Source: Leucoraja ocellata
Taxonomy: Eukaryota
DNA length: 64,000 nucleotides
Assembly: GCA_036785375.1 (NCBI GenBank)
Contig: JAWMAR010000569.1
Coordinates: forward strand, 372,001 to 436,000
Direction of reading: 5' to 3'
A model generated the notes under the pieces. The model had not been told where the DNA came from, searched no databases, and saw only the letters and a list, made by a program, of their open reading frames with translations. Positions 36,281-49,671 of the stretch are shown here, in pieces. Position 1 is the first letter of the stretch; each line of letters starts with the position of its first letter. The position numbers were made by a program, and so were the translations under genes.

Positions 36281-36715
36281 TGAATGATTACAATTGAGCC
36301 ATTCACAGAGTACAGATACATGATAAAGGGATTAACGTGAATAAAGTTTAGTGCACGATAGAGCCAGTAAAGTCCAATCAAAGATAGTCCAAGGGTCTCC
36401 AATGAGGGGGATAGTAGTTCAGCACTGCTCTCTGGTTGTGGTAGGATGTTTCAGTTGCCTGATAACAGCTGGGAAGAAACTCTCCCTGAATCTGGAGGTG
36501 TGCGTTTTCACACTTCTATACCTTTTGCCCGGTGGGAGAGGGGAGAAGAGGGAGAGGCCAGTGTGTGACTCATCATTCATTATGCTGCTGGCCTTGCCGA
36601 GGCAGCGTGAGGTATAAACGGAGTCAATTTGTGTGATGGTCTGGGCTGCGTCCACATTTCTCTGCTATTTCTTGCGGTCTTGGATGGAGCTGTCCCCAAG
36701 CCATGCTGTGATAGT
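36280..36715 (-). mobile_element. Rex1-type LINE 3' fragment
   Basis: IDSVYTSRCLGKASSI..PLPPGKRYRSVKTHTSRFRESFFP. Confidence 0.8.
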
Positions 36716-37139
36716 TCCAAACTAATTGGCCGAACCATATTTCCAGACTAATCATATTCATAGGCTGCATAAGAACAGTTGCAGCCGTTTGCAGGGGCAT
36801 GGTCGGAAGGTTTGATTGGCAGCAGATTCACTTTCCACTCTGGTTTCGACTAGTGTTGTAATTTTGGAAATAACCCTGTGGTCATGCACTTTCCTGTCAT
36901 TGTTCAGTTCAGTTTTCAGCCCAGGTTTGAACTGCGATATAAATCATATCTGCTGTCATAGTCAGGCGGTTGGCATGGCCTGAGTAAGTCCATGAGAGGA
37001 AAACAATGAACCTGATCACAATCTTGAATAAGAAATATGGTAACTGGAGGAATTGCAAGTCACAGTTTCACAAAGGCTCCGTTTTTTGAACAGCAAATGG
37101 CTTTGTTTTTCTTTAGTTTGGATGAGTCACTGAGACAAG

Positions 37140-37380
37140 ATCATAAGGTCACAAGGCCAAGGAATAGGAGTAGAATTAGGCCATTCGGCCCATCAAACCC
37201 ACCTTTGCCATTCAATCATGGCTGATCTATCTCTCCCTCTTAACCCCATTCTCCTTTCTTCTCCCCATAACCTCTGACTCACGTACTAATCACGAATCTA
37301 CCCACCCCTGCCTTGAAAATATCCACTGATGGCCTCCACAGCCCCCCCACAGGCAAAGAATTCCACAGATTCACCACACA
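37140..37380 (-). mobile_element. CR1 3' fragment
   Basis: Reverse complement of the CR1 tail (aggccattcggccc...gaattccacagattcaccac). Confidence 0.75.
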
Positions 37381-39719
37381 GCTCATTCCTTATGGTAAGA
37401 ATCAAAGCACACCATGTGAATATCTTTGCCCTTATCTATTCAGCCAGCTACAAGTTACTATCTCTGTGTGACAACCTAAAAAGAGAATTTACAAAATACT
37501 CCCAGTAATTTATCAAACGTTCCTCTTTTATAAATCCAAATTGACTCTGCTAGATATTATTATATTATTATGTTTCCACTCCCTTAGTAATAGATTTTAC
37601 CATTGTTGCAGCGGCTGATATCAGACCATTTAGTTAACAGTTCCCTGTTTTTTCTCTTCTCTGTTCTCTCTCTCCATCTTGTCTGTGGGAATGGTTCCAG
37701 TATCTGTGGAATTTCGGAAGCTGCCAGCTGATGCATCCACTATCTCCATGTCGACTTATTTCAAGAACCTGGCATGCATGTCATCAGAATTTGTTGACTA
37801 TCTGTTCCATTGATCTGCCTAATACTACTTTTAGCTAATGTTATTTATTCCAACTCCTTCTTTATTTGGCACTGCTTTTCCCGACTATTTCCAGGATAAT
37901 TTCCATCTTCTTCTGTGAACATAACTACAAAAGATTTCAGTCATTTCCTATTCTCCCAATAATTTACATGTGTAGAGAGGAACTGCAGATGCTGGTGAAA
38001 ACTGAAGACAGATTAAATGTACATATCTCATCTGTAAAGTCGTTAACTTTGGCTAACATTTTCCTCTTCATATAACGACAGACGTTTTAACAATATATTT
38101 TTATATTTCTTGTTAGACCACCCATGTACTCTATTTTCTTATTAAGGACCCCTATCACCCATCACACCACATCTTCTCCATTCTGCCACATGGGAAGAGA
38201 TACAGGGGCATCAGCTGCAAAAGCAGCAGGATGCTCCACAACTTCTTCCCACAGGCAATAAGACTGATTAACGGACTGTGTCCCCTCCCCATACATCATA
38301 CACCAACACAACTAACCTCGCCCATGCTTTGACACCTGGACATCTGTCAAAGCAAGCCACTGTTTGGTCTGAATGTCTGTTTTTAGTTCAAATTTTAGGC
38401 CTATTTTTAGATATGTTAATTTTAATTTTAAAGTTGTATGTATTTATTCTGTTTTTATTAACTGTACAGATGGGAACTGATTGAGAAACAATTTTTTGTT
38501 TCTTCTGTGCATGTAAGTACTCAGTTAAAATGACTAAAGTAAATACTGAAAATACTGAATTCTGAATACTTTATCCTTTTATATCTCTTGGTGTATTTTG
38601 TAATTGTCCTTGAACGCAGGATTTTTTTCTGGCAACCTTATAACCCTTTTACATTGATTAGCCATGGCTGAGCCACCTTTCCTATTGGTTTGACTCCATG
38701 TCCCATTTGTCTGCCCCACCCATTCTTACCTGCACCCATAGGATGATGCACTTGTTCCTATACCTTCTCCCTCACCACCGTCCAGGGCACCAAACATCGG
38801 AGATTCACATGCACCCCCTCCAACCTTGTCTATTGCATTTGGTGCTTGCAACGTGGCCTTCTTTACACTGGAGAGACTAAGCGTAGATGAGGTGAGCGCT
38901 TTGCCGAGCACTTGCACACTGACTGCAATGACCACCTTGAACTCAGAGTTTTATTTGCCAGAGGCCAGTGGGGATTACTATGTTGGAGGTATTCCAGCTC
39001 ATCAACATCTTCTTGGGGCAGTTAAACAAAATAGTAAATGACAGGGGATCTTATGTCCAGTAGAATAGTAGTCTTTAAATTCCTTTGATGATGTATCCCA
39101 TCTCCTAAAAATCCCAGATAAATAAAATAAAGAAAGAAAAGAAAATGTGATCCGTGTATTCAGAGGCTGAAGATATACTTAATGAACGTTCTAAAGTAGC
39201 AAACAATCTTAAACAGAGCTTCTACCTTACTTGTGTGCGGTCCAAATCTAATCTGGGCACAGCCAACACCATATGATGACATACCAGCCTACGGTTATAT
39301 TGCATAAACTACAGACATCCTTACATTTATCAGCCCATACTTGATGCCTTCTAGGTCTGGTTGCATGCAGGTGCGGATTGCTTCATTTTCAGAGGAGTCA
39401 ACGATGCAATTGAATATTGTAGTGTCATGAGTGATAGTCCTCACTTCTGATATATGGGGGTAGTCTTGCTGATCTGTATGCAAAAAATATATTTCATTGT
39501 ACCTGGTACATATGACAATAAAGAAACTATTGAACCATGTAACCATTAACCTTATGATGTGTCAGCTGAAGAGAGATAGTCGTGGGACACTGTCCTCTAA
39601 TTCCTCATGTGCTTTGGCTGAATAATTGACTTCCTACAACTACACCAACTTCTTGTGTGTGGGGAATGACACCAACTAATGGACCTTTTTCTTTGACATG
39701 AAATTAATATGGCAACTTC

Positions 39720-40040
39720 ATGCCCAGAGTAGGGGAATCGAGAACCAGAGGACATAGGTTCAAGGTGAGGGGGAAAGATTTAATAGGAATCCGAGGGGTA
39801 ACTTTTTCACGCAAAGGGTGGTGGGTGTATGGAACAAGCTGCCACAGTAGGTACTTGAGGCTGGGACTATCCCAACATTTAAGAACAGTTAGACCGGTAC
39901 AAGGATAGCATAGGTTTGGAGGGATATGGTCCAAGCACACACAAGTGGGGCTAGTGTACCTGGGACATTGTTGGCTGGTGTGGGCTAATTGGGCCGAAGG
40001 GCCTGTTTCCACACTGTATCACTCTTTGACTATGACTCTA
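39720..40040 (+). mobile_element. CR1 3' fragment
   Basis: PRVGESRTRGHRFKVRG; same subfamily as the copies in the VCAM1 introns. Confidence 0.85.
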
Positions 40041-40189
40041 TGCCAACTTTATTAATGTCTTGTGTATCTTGGCACATCTCTCCTCTTCATTGAACATTGC
40101 CCTAAATTTTGTCTATACCCTGTACTACAGACATGAAATCATGCTTCATATTCCCTGAAATCAAATTGTTTTTGTAAATACTAAGAAAC

Positions 40190-40830
40190 AGTAAGTAAGT
40201 AAGTAAGTAAGCAAGTAAGTAAGCAAGTAAGTTTATTGGCCAAGTATTCACATACAGGGAATTTGCCTTGGTGCTCCGCCCACGTAACAACATGACATAC
40301 AGTACAGTTACTAATTACAGAAAACACTAACCATTAATAATAATAAAACATTAATGATAAAACACCATTGATCAAGCATGTGAACCAACAAAATACCAGA
40401 TCAAAAGGGAGGCTACAGATTTTTGGCTGTTGAGTAGAGCAACTACTCGTGGATAAAAACTGTTTTTATGTCTGGCTGTGGCAGCTTTGACAGTCCGGAG
40501 TCGCCTTCCAGAGGGAAGTGATTCAAAGAGTTTGTGGCCAGGGTGAGAGGGGTCAGAGATGATCTTGCCCGCTCGCTTCCTGGCCCTTGCAGTGTACAGT
40601 TCATCAATGGAGGGAAGGTTGCAGCCAATAACCTTCTCTGCTGATCGGACGATTCGCTGCAGCCTCCGGGTGTCGTGCTTGGTGGCTGAGCCCAAACCAG
40701 ACCATGATGGAGAAAGTGAGGACAGACTCTACGATGCCGTATAGAATTGGACCATCATTGCCTGTGGCAGATTGTGCTTTCTCAGCTGCTGCAGGAAGTA
40801 CATCCTATGTTGTGCTTTCTTTAACCTTTT
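40190..40830 (-). mobile_element. Rex1 LINE 3' fragment with (TTAC)n tail
   Basis: RLQRIVRSAEKVIGCNLPSIDELY..DPSHPGHKLFESLPSGRR. Confidence 0.85.
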
Positions 40831-41064
40831 TGACTGTGGAGGCTGCTTTTGGGATGTTGCTTCCTAATGGATTGTAATGACCTTATTCCCTGTTTACTAA
40901 TTTAATGTGATATGTTTTCACTTACCACCATTTATCTCAGTCGCAATTGTAGTGGTATTTTTTTGAAAACTTCCATTCTTTAAATACTTCCATCTCTATT
41001 CAATACTTTCCTGAAGCAGGAAATAACAATTGTCTTCACAATTACCAGATGACCTGGATGTCAA

Positions 41065-41905
41065 GGTGGGCGGTGCGACTCACATCGCAGCGGCCACTGC
41101 AGTCCGTCTGTCTTTTTATTATTTTCTGTCTCGTTTTAATGTAGTTTTTATTTTATTTTTTGACGGGGTATGTGTGTGGGGGGCGGGGGGTGGGGGGAAA
41201 CTTTAAAATCTTTCCCCTGCACGGGAGACCCGACCTTTTCTTTGTCGGGTCTCCATTGTCGTTGGGGCTGCAACGTGGAGCGGCCTCCAGCAGGAATGAC
41301 CTGGGGCTCCAGTCGCGGAGCTGCGGACCTACTCACCATCGCGGAGCTGGCCGAGTCCGGAGCGGGAGGAGCGGTGGTGGAGCGCTGCTGTGACCCGACC
41401 CCCGGAGATTCGGAGGCTCCAACCGCAGGTCTGACAGACAGGAACACGGGGAGCCCGCGGGTCCCTGCTGGGAGACCGCTTTTCGGGGCTTCTGCAGCAA
41501 CGACTTCTCCCGCCCGAGTTGCGGGGTTGAAGATTACCTTGAGCGGGGCCTTACATTATCGCCCCGCGCGGCTTGGAATGGCCGCGGGACTTTGCTAGCG
41601 CACGCCGGGGGCTCCAACAACAAGACCCGGTCTTGCATCACCCGGCGCGGCTTTAATGGCCGCGGGACAATTACCATCGCCCGCCGGGGGCTTTGACTCT
41701 GACAATCGGGGGGAAGAGGGGAGTGCAGGGGAGAGATAAGTTTTTGCCTTCCATCACAACGAGGAGGAGATGCGCTGTGATGGATCTGTGTAAATTGTGT
41801 TGTGTCTTGGGTCTTTTTGTTTTGTATGTATGACTGCAGAAACAACATTTCATTTGGACCCCAACGAGGTTCAAATGACAAATACATTTGTATTGTATTG
41901 TATGT
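41065..41905 (+). mobile_element. GC-rich non-autonomous retroelement with (tgtat)n tail
   Basis: Sharp-edged CpG-rich block ending in tcaaatgacaaatacatt(tgtat)n. No coherent protein. Confidence 0.55.
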
Positions 41906-42199
41906 CAAGAGGAGCAACAAAGAAGAACAAAGGGAAGAGACTTGAACTTTATTTCGACTTCCATCACAGTGAGGAATGTGTCGGAGTCACTGTGGTGGAT
42001 GTTCATGTTAAAATGGGTTTTGGTGTTCTGTTGCTTTTTATTTGTAGGACCAACTTGGCAAATGAAATTCCTCGTGTGTTGCAAAACATACTTGGCAAAT
42101 AAAATACTATTCTGATTCTGACTATTCTGATTCTGAGCAGCTATTTGAAATAGAGATTGTGACAGGGTCTAGGGTGGAGGATGTTTCCTCTTGTGGGAG

Positions 42200-42770
42200 A
42201 ATCTAGATCTAGTTTACCATAATTAATTGTCATCTGGACCAAGATACAGCAATAAGTTTTTTTGTCATGTACTATCCAGTCAGCGGAAAGACTATACATG
42301 ATTACAAGAGAAACACAAAATGCTGGAGTAACTCAGAGGGACGGGCAACATCTCTGGAGAGAAGAATTGAGTGACGTTTCGGGTCGAAACACTTCTTCAG
42401 ACTGGTCCTTCTCTCCAGAGATGCTGAATTTCTGCAGCATTTTGTGTGTATCTTCGGTTTAACCAGCATCTGCAGTTCCTTCCTATACATGATGACAATC
42501 AAGCCGTCCACAGTGTACAGATGTGGAGCAATGGGAATAACGTTTAGTGCAAGATAGTCCCGTAGTCTGATTACAGATAGTCCGAGGGTCTCCAATGAGT
42601 CAGGTGGTAGGTAGGCCAGGACCGCTCTCTAGTTGGTGATAGGATGGTTCTGTTGCCTGAAAACAGCTGGGAAGAAACTGTCCCTAAATCTGGAGGTGTG
42701 CGTTTTCACACTTATGTTCCTCTTGCCTGGTGGGAGTGGAGAGATGAGGGAGTGAGTGAGACTTGTCATT
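42200..42770 (-). mobile_element. Rex1-type tail with a nested palindromic Penelope-tail element (42310-42485)
   Basis: Same sequence family as 36280-36540. atacatgat occurs on both sides of the insertion. Confidence 0.65.
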
Positions 42771-43270
42771 GATTTACAAAATAAGGGATTTTGAATTTAA
42801 AGCAGAGATGAAGTGAAATACTTTTCTGTGAGAGGTTTGTGCCTTCTCAGACCGCACTTCCTCACAGGACAGTAAAGTAGAGTCATTAAATATTTGAAGG
42901 CAGAAGATATATAATAAGTATGGGGATGAAAAGTTACTGGTGAATGGGAATGCAAAGTTGAGGTTGTGATTAGGTTGGCTATGATATTATTGAATGCCAG
43001 AACAGGTTTAAGGAGTGAATGATCCTGGTGCTAATTCACATATTGGTACATTAGCTGACCTGGTAATCAACAAATAGCCGCTGAGTCTATGCTTTGTCTC
43101 GCCAGTGTACAGGAGCCCATATTGGGTACATCTGATGCAGTAGATGAGATTAGAGGAGGTGCATGTGCAACTCTGCCTCACCTGGAAGGACTGGCGAGGT
43201 ATCTAAATGAGTCGAGGGAGGATGCAGTAGGACAGGTGGTACATAGAAAACATAGAAATAGGTGCAGGAG

Positions 43271-43470
43271 NNNNNNNNNNNNNNNNNNNNNNNNNNNNNN
43301 NNNNNNNNNNNNNNNNNNNNNNNNNNNNNNNNNNNNNNNNNNNNNNNNNNNNNNNNNNNNNNNNNNNNNNNNNNNNNNNNNNNNNNNNNNNNNNNNNNNN
43401 NNNNNNNNNNNNNNNNNNNNNNNNNNNNNNNNNNNNNNNNNNNNNNNNNNNNNNNNNNNNNNNNNNNNNN
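43271..43470. other. Assembly gap (N run)
   Basis: Run of N. Confidence 1.
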
Positions 43471-44269
43471 CACATTCCCAACAGCTCACTGCAGATTCTG
43501 CTGTTCATCTACATACCATGGACAGGTTACAGTGGCCAGTTAGCTACCAATGCACGCAGCTTTGGAATGTGGCAAGAATCAGGAGCACCTTGAGGAAACA
43601 CACATGGTCACAAGAAGATGTTTAGTAAGTCTGAAAGGAATGAGAGGCTGGAACAGATGAATAAACATGGTGAGCATGGTGGGCTGAAGTGTGTTTATTT
43701 AAATGCAAGGAGTAATGTGGGTAAAGAAGGAATATAAAGCCTGCATCAGTGCATGGAACAATGATGTGGTGACCATTACAGAGTCTTAGTTGGTAGAGGG
43801 ATAGGTCTAGCTGTTTAATGTTCCCACGTTTTAATATTTCAGATGTGAAAGAATATAAAAAACTCATCTCCTTGTGGTGATTGAATAAACTCCGTCCTGC
43901 TCTCCTTCTTCACTTATTCTTTTTTTTCACTATTTTCTTTATCTGTTTTTCATTCCTTCACTTTCCACAACCTATTTCTCCTTTTTCTCTTCTTACTTTT
44001 CTCTTTCAAAAAAAAGGAAGTTGTACAGAGAATGTATTATATTAGCATAATTTTTGTACCACTGTATTGTACTTCTAATAAATAAAAAAAATAAAAAAAG
44101 ATGTGATGGAGAAGGAGGTAGTGGCGTTGCATTAACGGCGGATACCAAAGCAATATGACTAGAGCTCAAAAATCAGAAAAGTGCAATCACCCTGATTGGA
44201 TTCTACTGCAGGCCTCCCAATTGCCAGCGGGAGATACAGGAATAGATATAGGAGATGGCCATGACATTT

Positions 44270-46680
44270 AGTTTCATTCTCGCAAGGATCAAGAGCCCAA
44301 AAGGCTGTTGCCTGCCTGGTGCCCAAGTTCATAGAAACATAGAAACATAGAAAATAGGTGCAGGAGTAGGCCATTCAGCCCTTCGAGCCTGCACCGCCAT
44401 TCAATATGATCATGGCTGATCATCCAACTCAGTATCCTGTACCCATCTTCTCTCCATACCTCCTGATCCTTTTAGCCACAAGGGCCACATCTAACTCCCT
44501 TTTAAATATAGCCAATGAACTGGCCTCAACTACCTTCTGTGGCAGAGAGTTCCAGAGACTGACCACTCTCTGTGTGAAAAAAATGTTTCTCATCTCGGTC
44601 CTAAAAGATTTCCCCTTTATCCTTAAACTGTGATCCCTTGTCCTGGACTTCCCCAACATTGGGAACAATCTTCCTGCATCTGTTCAGGACATTTCAGAAC
44701 AGATGTTCAGGACATTTGTTCAAATGTTCAGGCCATTTCCTCTGACCTGCAGATTAATGTGCAGTGGGAGGGGGAAGATCCAGTTGTCGGAGTCCTTGTG
44801 GCTACCAATGATGGAAGTGGAACAAGGAAAGAGATTCTGCTGGGAGAATTTGAGCAGATAGGGATTAAATTACAAATCAGAACCAAAATGGAATTAAGCT
44901 ATGGATTGCTACCTGAGCCATGTGCAAATTGGCATAGGCATTGGATAAGATTAAAGAGATGAATGGCTGGCTCAAAGTTTAGTGTGGAAGTAGTCATGGA
45001 ACATTGGCATCAGTATTGAGGAAGGAGGGAGCTGTTCCGATGGGACAGACTCCACCTGAACACTATTGGGACCAGGGTTCTGGTGAATCACATAACTGGT
45101 GCTGTGGATTAAACTAAATGGTGGAATGTTTCAGCAGATTTCAGATTGGAAACGTTTGGGTTAAAGTTAAATGGAAGGAGAGCACAGGAGAGGTTACTGA
45201 AGTCTCAGGAATAAGAAATAGAACTGGGAGTTTAGTAGGGGATAAGAGTCTAACGTCAGGCAACATGGGGGCCAATTCGAGAAGAATGAATACTGAACTA
45301 AAAATGTTTTATTTGAATTCATGCAGAACATAAAATAAGGATGAGCTTATAGCGTGGCTAGAATTTGGCAGGTACCACATTGCGGGCATCACAGTCGTGG
45401 CTGAAAGAGGATCAGAGATGAGAGCTGAATATACAAGGTTACACATCCTATCGAAAAGACATACAGGTAGGCAGAGGTGGTGGGGTATCTCTGTTCGAAG
45501 GAATGAAATTCAGTCCTTAGCAAGGGGTAACATAGGATTAGGAAATGTAGAATCCTTGTGGGTACAGCTAAGAAACTACAAAAAGGGTAAAAAAGACCCT
45601 GATGGGAGTAACATACAGGCCTCCGAAAACTAGCTGCCAGGAAGTGGGGTACAAATGACATCAGGAGATACAATCGGCATGTAAGAAAGGCAATGTCATA
45701 GTGCTCGTGGGAGATTTCAATACTCAGGTAGACTGGGAAAATCAGGTTGGTACGGGATCCCAAGAGAAGGAATTTGTGGAGTGCTTGCATGATGGCTTCT
45801 TAGAGCAGCTTGCGGTTGAGACTACTAGGGAAAAGGCGATTCTGGATTTGACATAATGAACCAGATTTGATTAGGGAGTTTAAGGTGAAGGAACCCCTAG
45901 GAGGCAGTGATCATAATATGATACGTTTCAAGCTACCGTTTGAGAAGGGGAAACTGAAATTGGAAGTATCAGTATTACTGTTGAGTAAAAGTGACAACAG
46001 AAGCATGAGGGAGGAGCAGGATAAATTAATTGGAAAGGGACTCCAGCAGGAATGATGAAGGAGCAGCAATGGCAGGAGTTTCTGGGAGTGACTTGTAAGA
46101 CGCAGGATCTTTTTCTCCCTAAAGAAGAAGAAACATACCAAAAGGAGAATGAAACAACCATTGCTGACATAGGAAGTCAAAGACAGCATTAACCTAACGA
46201 GAAATCATATAATATGGCAAATATTATCAGGAAGCTAGATGATTAGGAAGCTTTTAAAAACCAAGAGAAGGCAACTAAAAACGCAATATGGGGGAAAGGG
46301 GGTGAGGGTAAGCATGCCAATGATATAAAAGAGGATATTACATGTTTTTTCCCGGATGTATAAGGGGTAAAAGAGACGCAAGAGTGGACATTGGACAACT
46401 GGAAAATGATACTGGAGAAGTAGTCGTTGGAAACAAAGAGATGGCAGACGAACTGAATGTTTTTTTGCATCAGTTTCACAGTGCCATGCCAGAATTTCAA
46501 GAGAGTCAGGGGGCAGAAGTGAGTGCAGTTGCTATTCATGAGGAGAAGGTGTCGGGAAGCTAAAAGATTGAAGGTGGATAAGTCACCTGGACAAGATTCA
46601 TTGCACCCGAGGGCTCTGAAAAAGATCGCTGTAAAGGTTGCAGAGGCATTAGTAGTGACGTTTCAAGAAACATTAGAGTC
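44270..46680 (+). mobile_element. Old degraded CR1 LINE: esterase-type ORF1 remnant, then APE endonuclease and start of RT
   Basis: CLPGA and xTND remnants, followed by GDFN, LGGSDHNMI and KSPGQDSLHPRALK, with many stops and frameshifts. Confidence 0.8.
44330..44680 (-). mobile_element. Young CR1/HER1 3' end nested in an older CR1
   Basis: FPMLGKSRTR..FFTQRVVSLWNSLPQKVVEA; catagaaa tandem tail. Confidence 0.88.
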
Positions 46681-46861
46681 ACTAGAGTGGGGCCCAAATG
46701 AATGTGCTGGCACGAACTCAATGGGCCGAGTGGCTCTTGTTCGTGCGTAAAATGCATTTAAAAAAGATTACGTGATTCTGCGCTTCCATAAGTGTCTGGT
46801 TATGATCTGCAAGATATGGAATTGGGAAACTTGTGTTTATTTAAACTGTGATGCCCTTTGT

Positions 46862-46980
46862 GGTAAATTCCCTTCAGCAGAGAAAGACCAGGAGCCAGTG
46901 AGCGGTGCGTGGTGGGGATTGTTCGCCTGAAGCCAAGGGAAGTTCCCTGCTCTTCCAGACGGGGTTATAAAGCGGGGCGG
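46862..46980 (+). promoter_or_regulatory. VCAM1: VCAM1 promoter: kB-like sites (46862-46872 GGTAAATTCCC; 46937-46947 GGGAAGTTCCC), TATA box (46966-46971), GC box
   Basis: Motifs read directly, 100-210 nt upstream of the ACCATGG start. Arrangement parallels the mammalian VCAM1 promoter. Confidence 0.75.
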
Positions 46981-47075
46981 CGGAGCCCAGGCTCACAGCT
47001 CCAGAGCCTGACGCCCCTTGCAGAAGTGAAGTCAACCTCGGCTTGTGTGTGTGTGTGTCCGAGTGCCGCTGAACC

Positions 47076-47136
47076 ATGGCTGGAGACAGATGCGACCCAG
47101 CCGCTACAATTACTCTTGCATTGATGCTCGCCACAG
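47076..47136 (+). CDS. VCAM1: VCAM1 exon 1, signal peptide MAGDRCDPAATITLALMLAT
   Basis: Strong Kozak ACCATGG. Phase-1 donor ACAG|gtttct is in frame with exon 2. Confidence 0.8.
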
Positions 47137-47325
47137 GTTTCTCATTTATTTTACACCACTAATAATCTGCATTTTCTTCGGATACGTTTTGTGATAAATA
47201 TCAGGCACCAAAGTATCAATTTTGGTATCTGTTTGTTTATAGTAATAAAGAGGTGAATATTTAAAGCGTTAAACTTATAAGCTTTTAAAAAATAATATTG
47301 CTTTTGTAATGTTTCAAAACTGCAG

Positions 47326-47601
47326 GATCCGCCTTCAATTTGGAGTTAAACCCGTCTAGAAACGTGTGGGCTCGTATCGGAGACTCGCTGGAGTTGAACT
47401 GTGAGGCGAAGAGCTGCTCGTCTCCGACCTTCACGTGGAGAATCGGGACCGATAACCCCCTGGGCGGAACAATCACAACTCGGGGCTCGGTGTCCACATT
47501 CACCATCTCCGCGGTTACCCCGCAGAACCAACACAAGTACACTTGTTCCGCAAAATGCGGCGCAGATGTAAAACGAACATATGCCAACCTCAATATATTC
47601 T
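47326..47601 (+). CDS. VCAM1: VCAM1 exon 2, Ig domain 1 (integrin-binding)
   Basis: GSAFNLE..ARIGDSLELNCEAKSCSSPTFTWRIGTDNPLGG..HKYTCSAKC. Four-Cys D1 pattern; aligns to human [33 protein letters not shown]. 276 nt, phase 1-1. Confidence 0.93.
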
Positions 47602-48391
47602 GTGAGTATTAACCCATCTCCCGACTGTAAACTTGTTGCAACTTTGTCCGGCCACATAAAAGTTTAAAAAATAAATACTGGAAACTCTCAATTATTCGTG
47701 CAGCCTCCACGAAGAGAGTAACAGAATCTCGACCGTTCCTTCTTTCTCAGAGATACTACCTGTCCTGCTGAGTTACTCCAGCTTTTTGTGTCTATCTTCG
47801 GTTTAAACCAGCATCTGCTGTTCCACTGAAAGGTCATTCTTCTGGGGAGATTTCACTCGTTGTAGCGCAGCGTCTGACGAGACCAGTTTTTCCTCTGTTT
47901 TCTCTCCACCAATACAGCCTGCCAGATGAGTATTTCTGGCACACGCTGTTTTATTCAGGGCCTTCCAACGATTGTCTTTGTTTTGGTCTTCAACCAATAT
48001 TTTAGTTAACAGATTCACGAATGTTTTCTGACATGAAAGTTGTCCTTTTGCCGATCGAATGAGAGTTTGGTAACAAATCATGTTCATAAATAACAGGAGC
48101 AGAATTCACCCATTCGGCCCATCGAGTTTACTCCACCATTCAATCATGGCTGATCCATCTCTCCTTCTTAACCCCATTCTCCTGCCTTCTCCCCATAACC
48201 TCTGACACCCGTACTAATCAAGAATCTGCCTATCTCTGCCTTAAATATATCCATTGCCTTGGCCTCCACAGCCTTCTGTGGCAATGAATTCCGCAGATTC
48301 ACCACCCTCTGACTAAATCGATGGGCAACTTGGGTGCTGTACATTCCACCCTGATTCCCTGTTTGATTCCTGAATCCACGTGTCGTTGCAG

Positions 48392-48694
48392 CTCTGTCCG
48401 ACACACTCATCGTGGAGACTGTGGGCAGCCTGGAAGTTGGTCAGAGAGGCTCCGTGAGATGTACGGTCCCCAAAGTCTACCCCGCTCAAGTGGAGGTGGA
48501 GTGGCTGAAAGGAACAACATTGCTGAAGACCGACAGCTTCCGTGACTACACAGAGGAAGAAACGGCGATGAACTTCACCTACGAACTGACGGCTGAATTG
48601 CGAGACTCGGGACAAGAGCTGACATGCCGAGTGCAATTACTCACGGGGAACCAACCACGCAAGGCTGAGGGGTCGCTAACGTTACAGGTTCGCT
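48392..48694 (+). CDS. VCAM1: VCAM1 exon 3, Ig domain 2
   Basis: GSLEVGQRGSVRCTVPKVYP..EWLKG..DSGQELTCRVQL. ag|...|gtaagt, 303 nt, phase 1-1. Confidence 0.92.
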
Positions 48695-48812
48695 GTAAGT
48701 AAGGAGACAGAGATATAACATTGAGAACGGAATCACAGTCATAGACGTAGTCTGGACAATGGTTTAAGTCGCCCGCCTTTAATGTAGTGAATTATCCCAT
48801 CTCCTTCTACAG

Positions 48813-49079
48813 ATGCTCCCACGGGGATTGACATTACTGCAGAGCCCTCTGCCACAGTGAGAGAGGGTCAGGATGTTCGGCTAACCTGTGCTGCAGACAG
48901 CAGCCCCGCTGCCACGATAGTGTGGAGCAAGTTATCCGCCGGCAACTGGTCAGTCGTGGCCGAGGACCGAGCGATTCTGCACCTGTCACCGGCCCTGTTC
49001 GGGGACACGGGAATGTACCGCTGTGAAGCCGGCAATAAACTGGGGACAATCACCAAGGAGGTGGAATTCCACGTTCAAG
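48813..49079 (+). CDS. VCAM1: VCAM1 exon 4, Ig domain 3
   Basis: VREGQDVRLTCAADSSPAATIVWSK..DTGMYRCEAGNKLG. 267 nt, phase 1-1. Confidence 0.92.
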
Positions 49080-49671
49080 GTGCGTTTGTTTCACTATTGT
49101 AATTTTACTATCATTGTTATAGGAAAGACGTGGTCAAGCTGGAAAGGGATGAGAGAAGATTTACCAGGATGTCACTAGGGCTAAAGGGTCTGAGCTATAG
49201 GGAGAGGTTGGGCAGGCTGGGACTCTATTCCTTGGAGAGCAGGTGAGGGATGATCTTATAGAGGTGTATAAATCAGGAGAGAAATAGATTGGGTATAGTG
49301 GGTGCATCGATGACCAGACATAGGTTTATGGTGAAGGGGAAAAGATTTAGCAGGAATCTGAGGGGTAACTTTTTCACACAAAGGTTGGTGGGTGTATGGA
49401 ACAAGCTGCTAGAGGAGGTAGTTGAGGCAGGGACGAGCCCAACATTTAAGAAACTGTTAGACAGGTACATGGATAGGACAGGTTTGGAGGGATATGGACC
49501 AAATGCGGGCAGGTGGGACGAGTGTAGCTGGGAAATGATGGCTGGTTTGGGCAAGTTGGGCCGAAGGGCCTGTTTCCACACTGTATCACTTTATGGCTAT
49601 GACTATGTTTCTTTGCACGGATTTGGCTCAACTTTTTGCAATTCATTAATTTCTCACGCCTCTGGTTTCAG

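Noticed and set aside
41065-41905. CpG-island-like blocks here and at 55770-56230 as gene promoters
   Set aside because: Sharp edges and simple-repeat or LINE-like tails indicate young non-autonomous retroelements.
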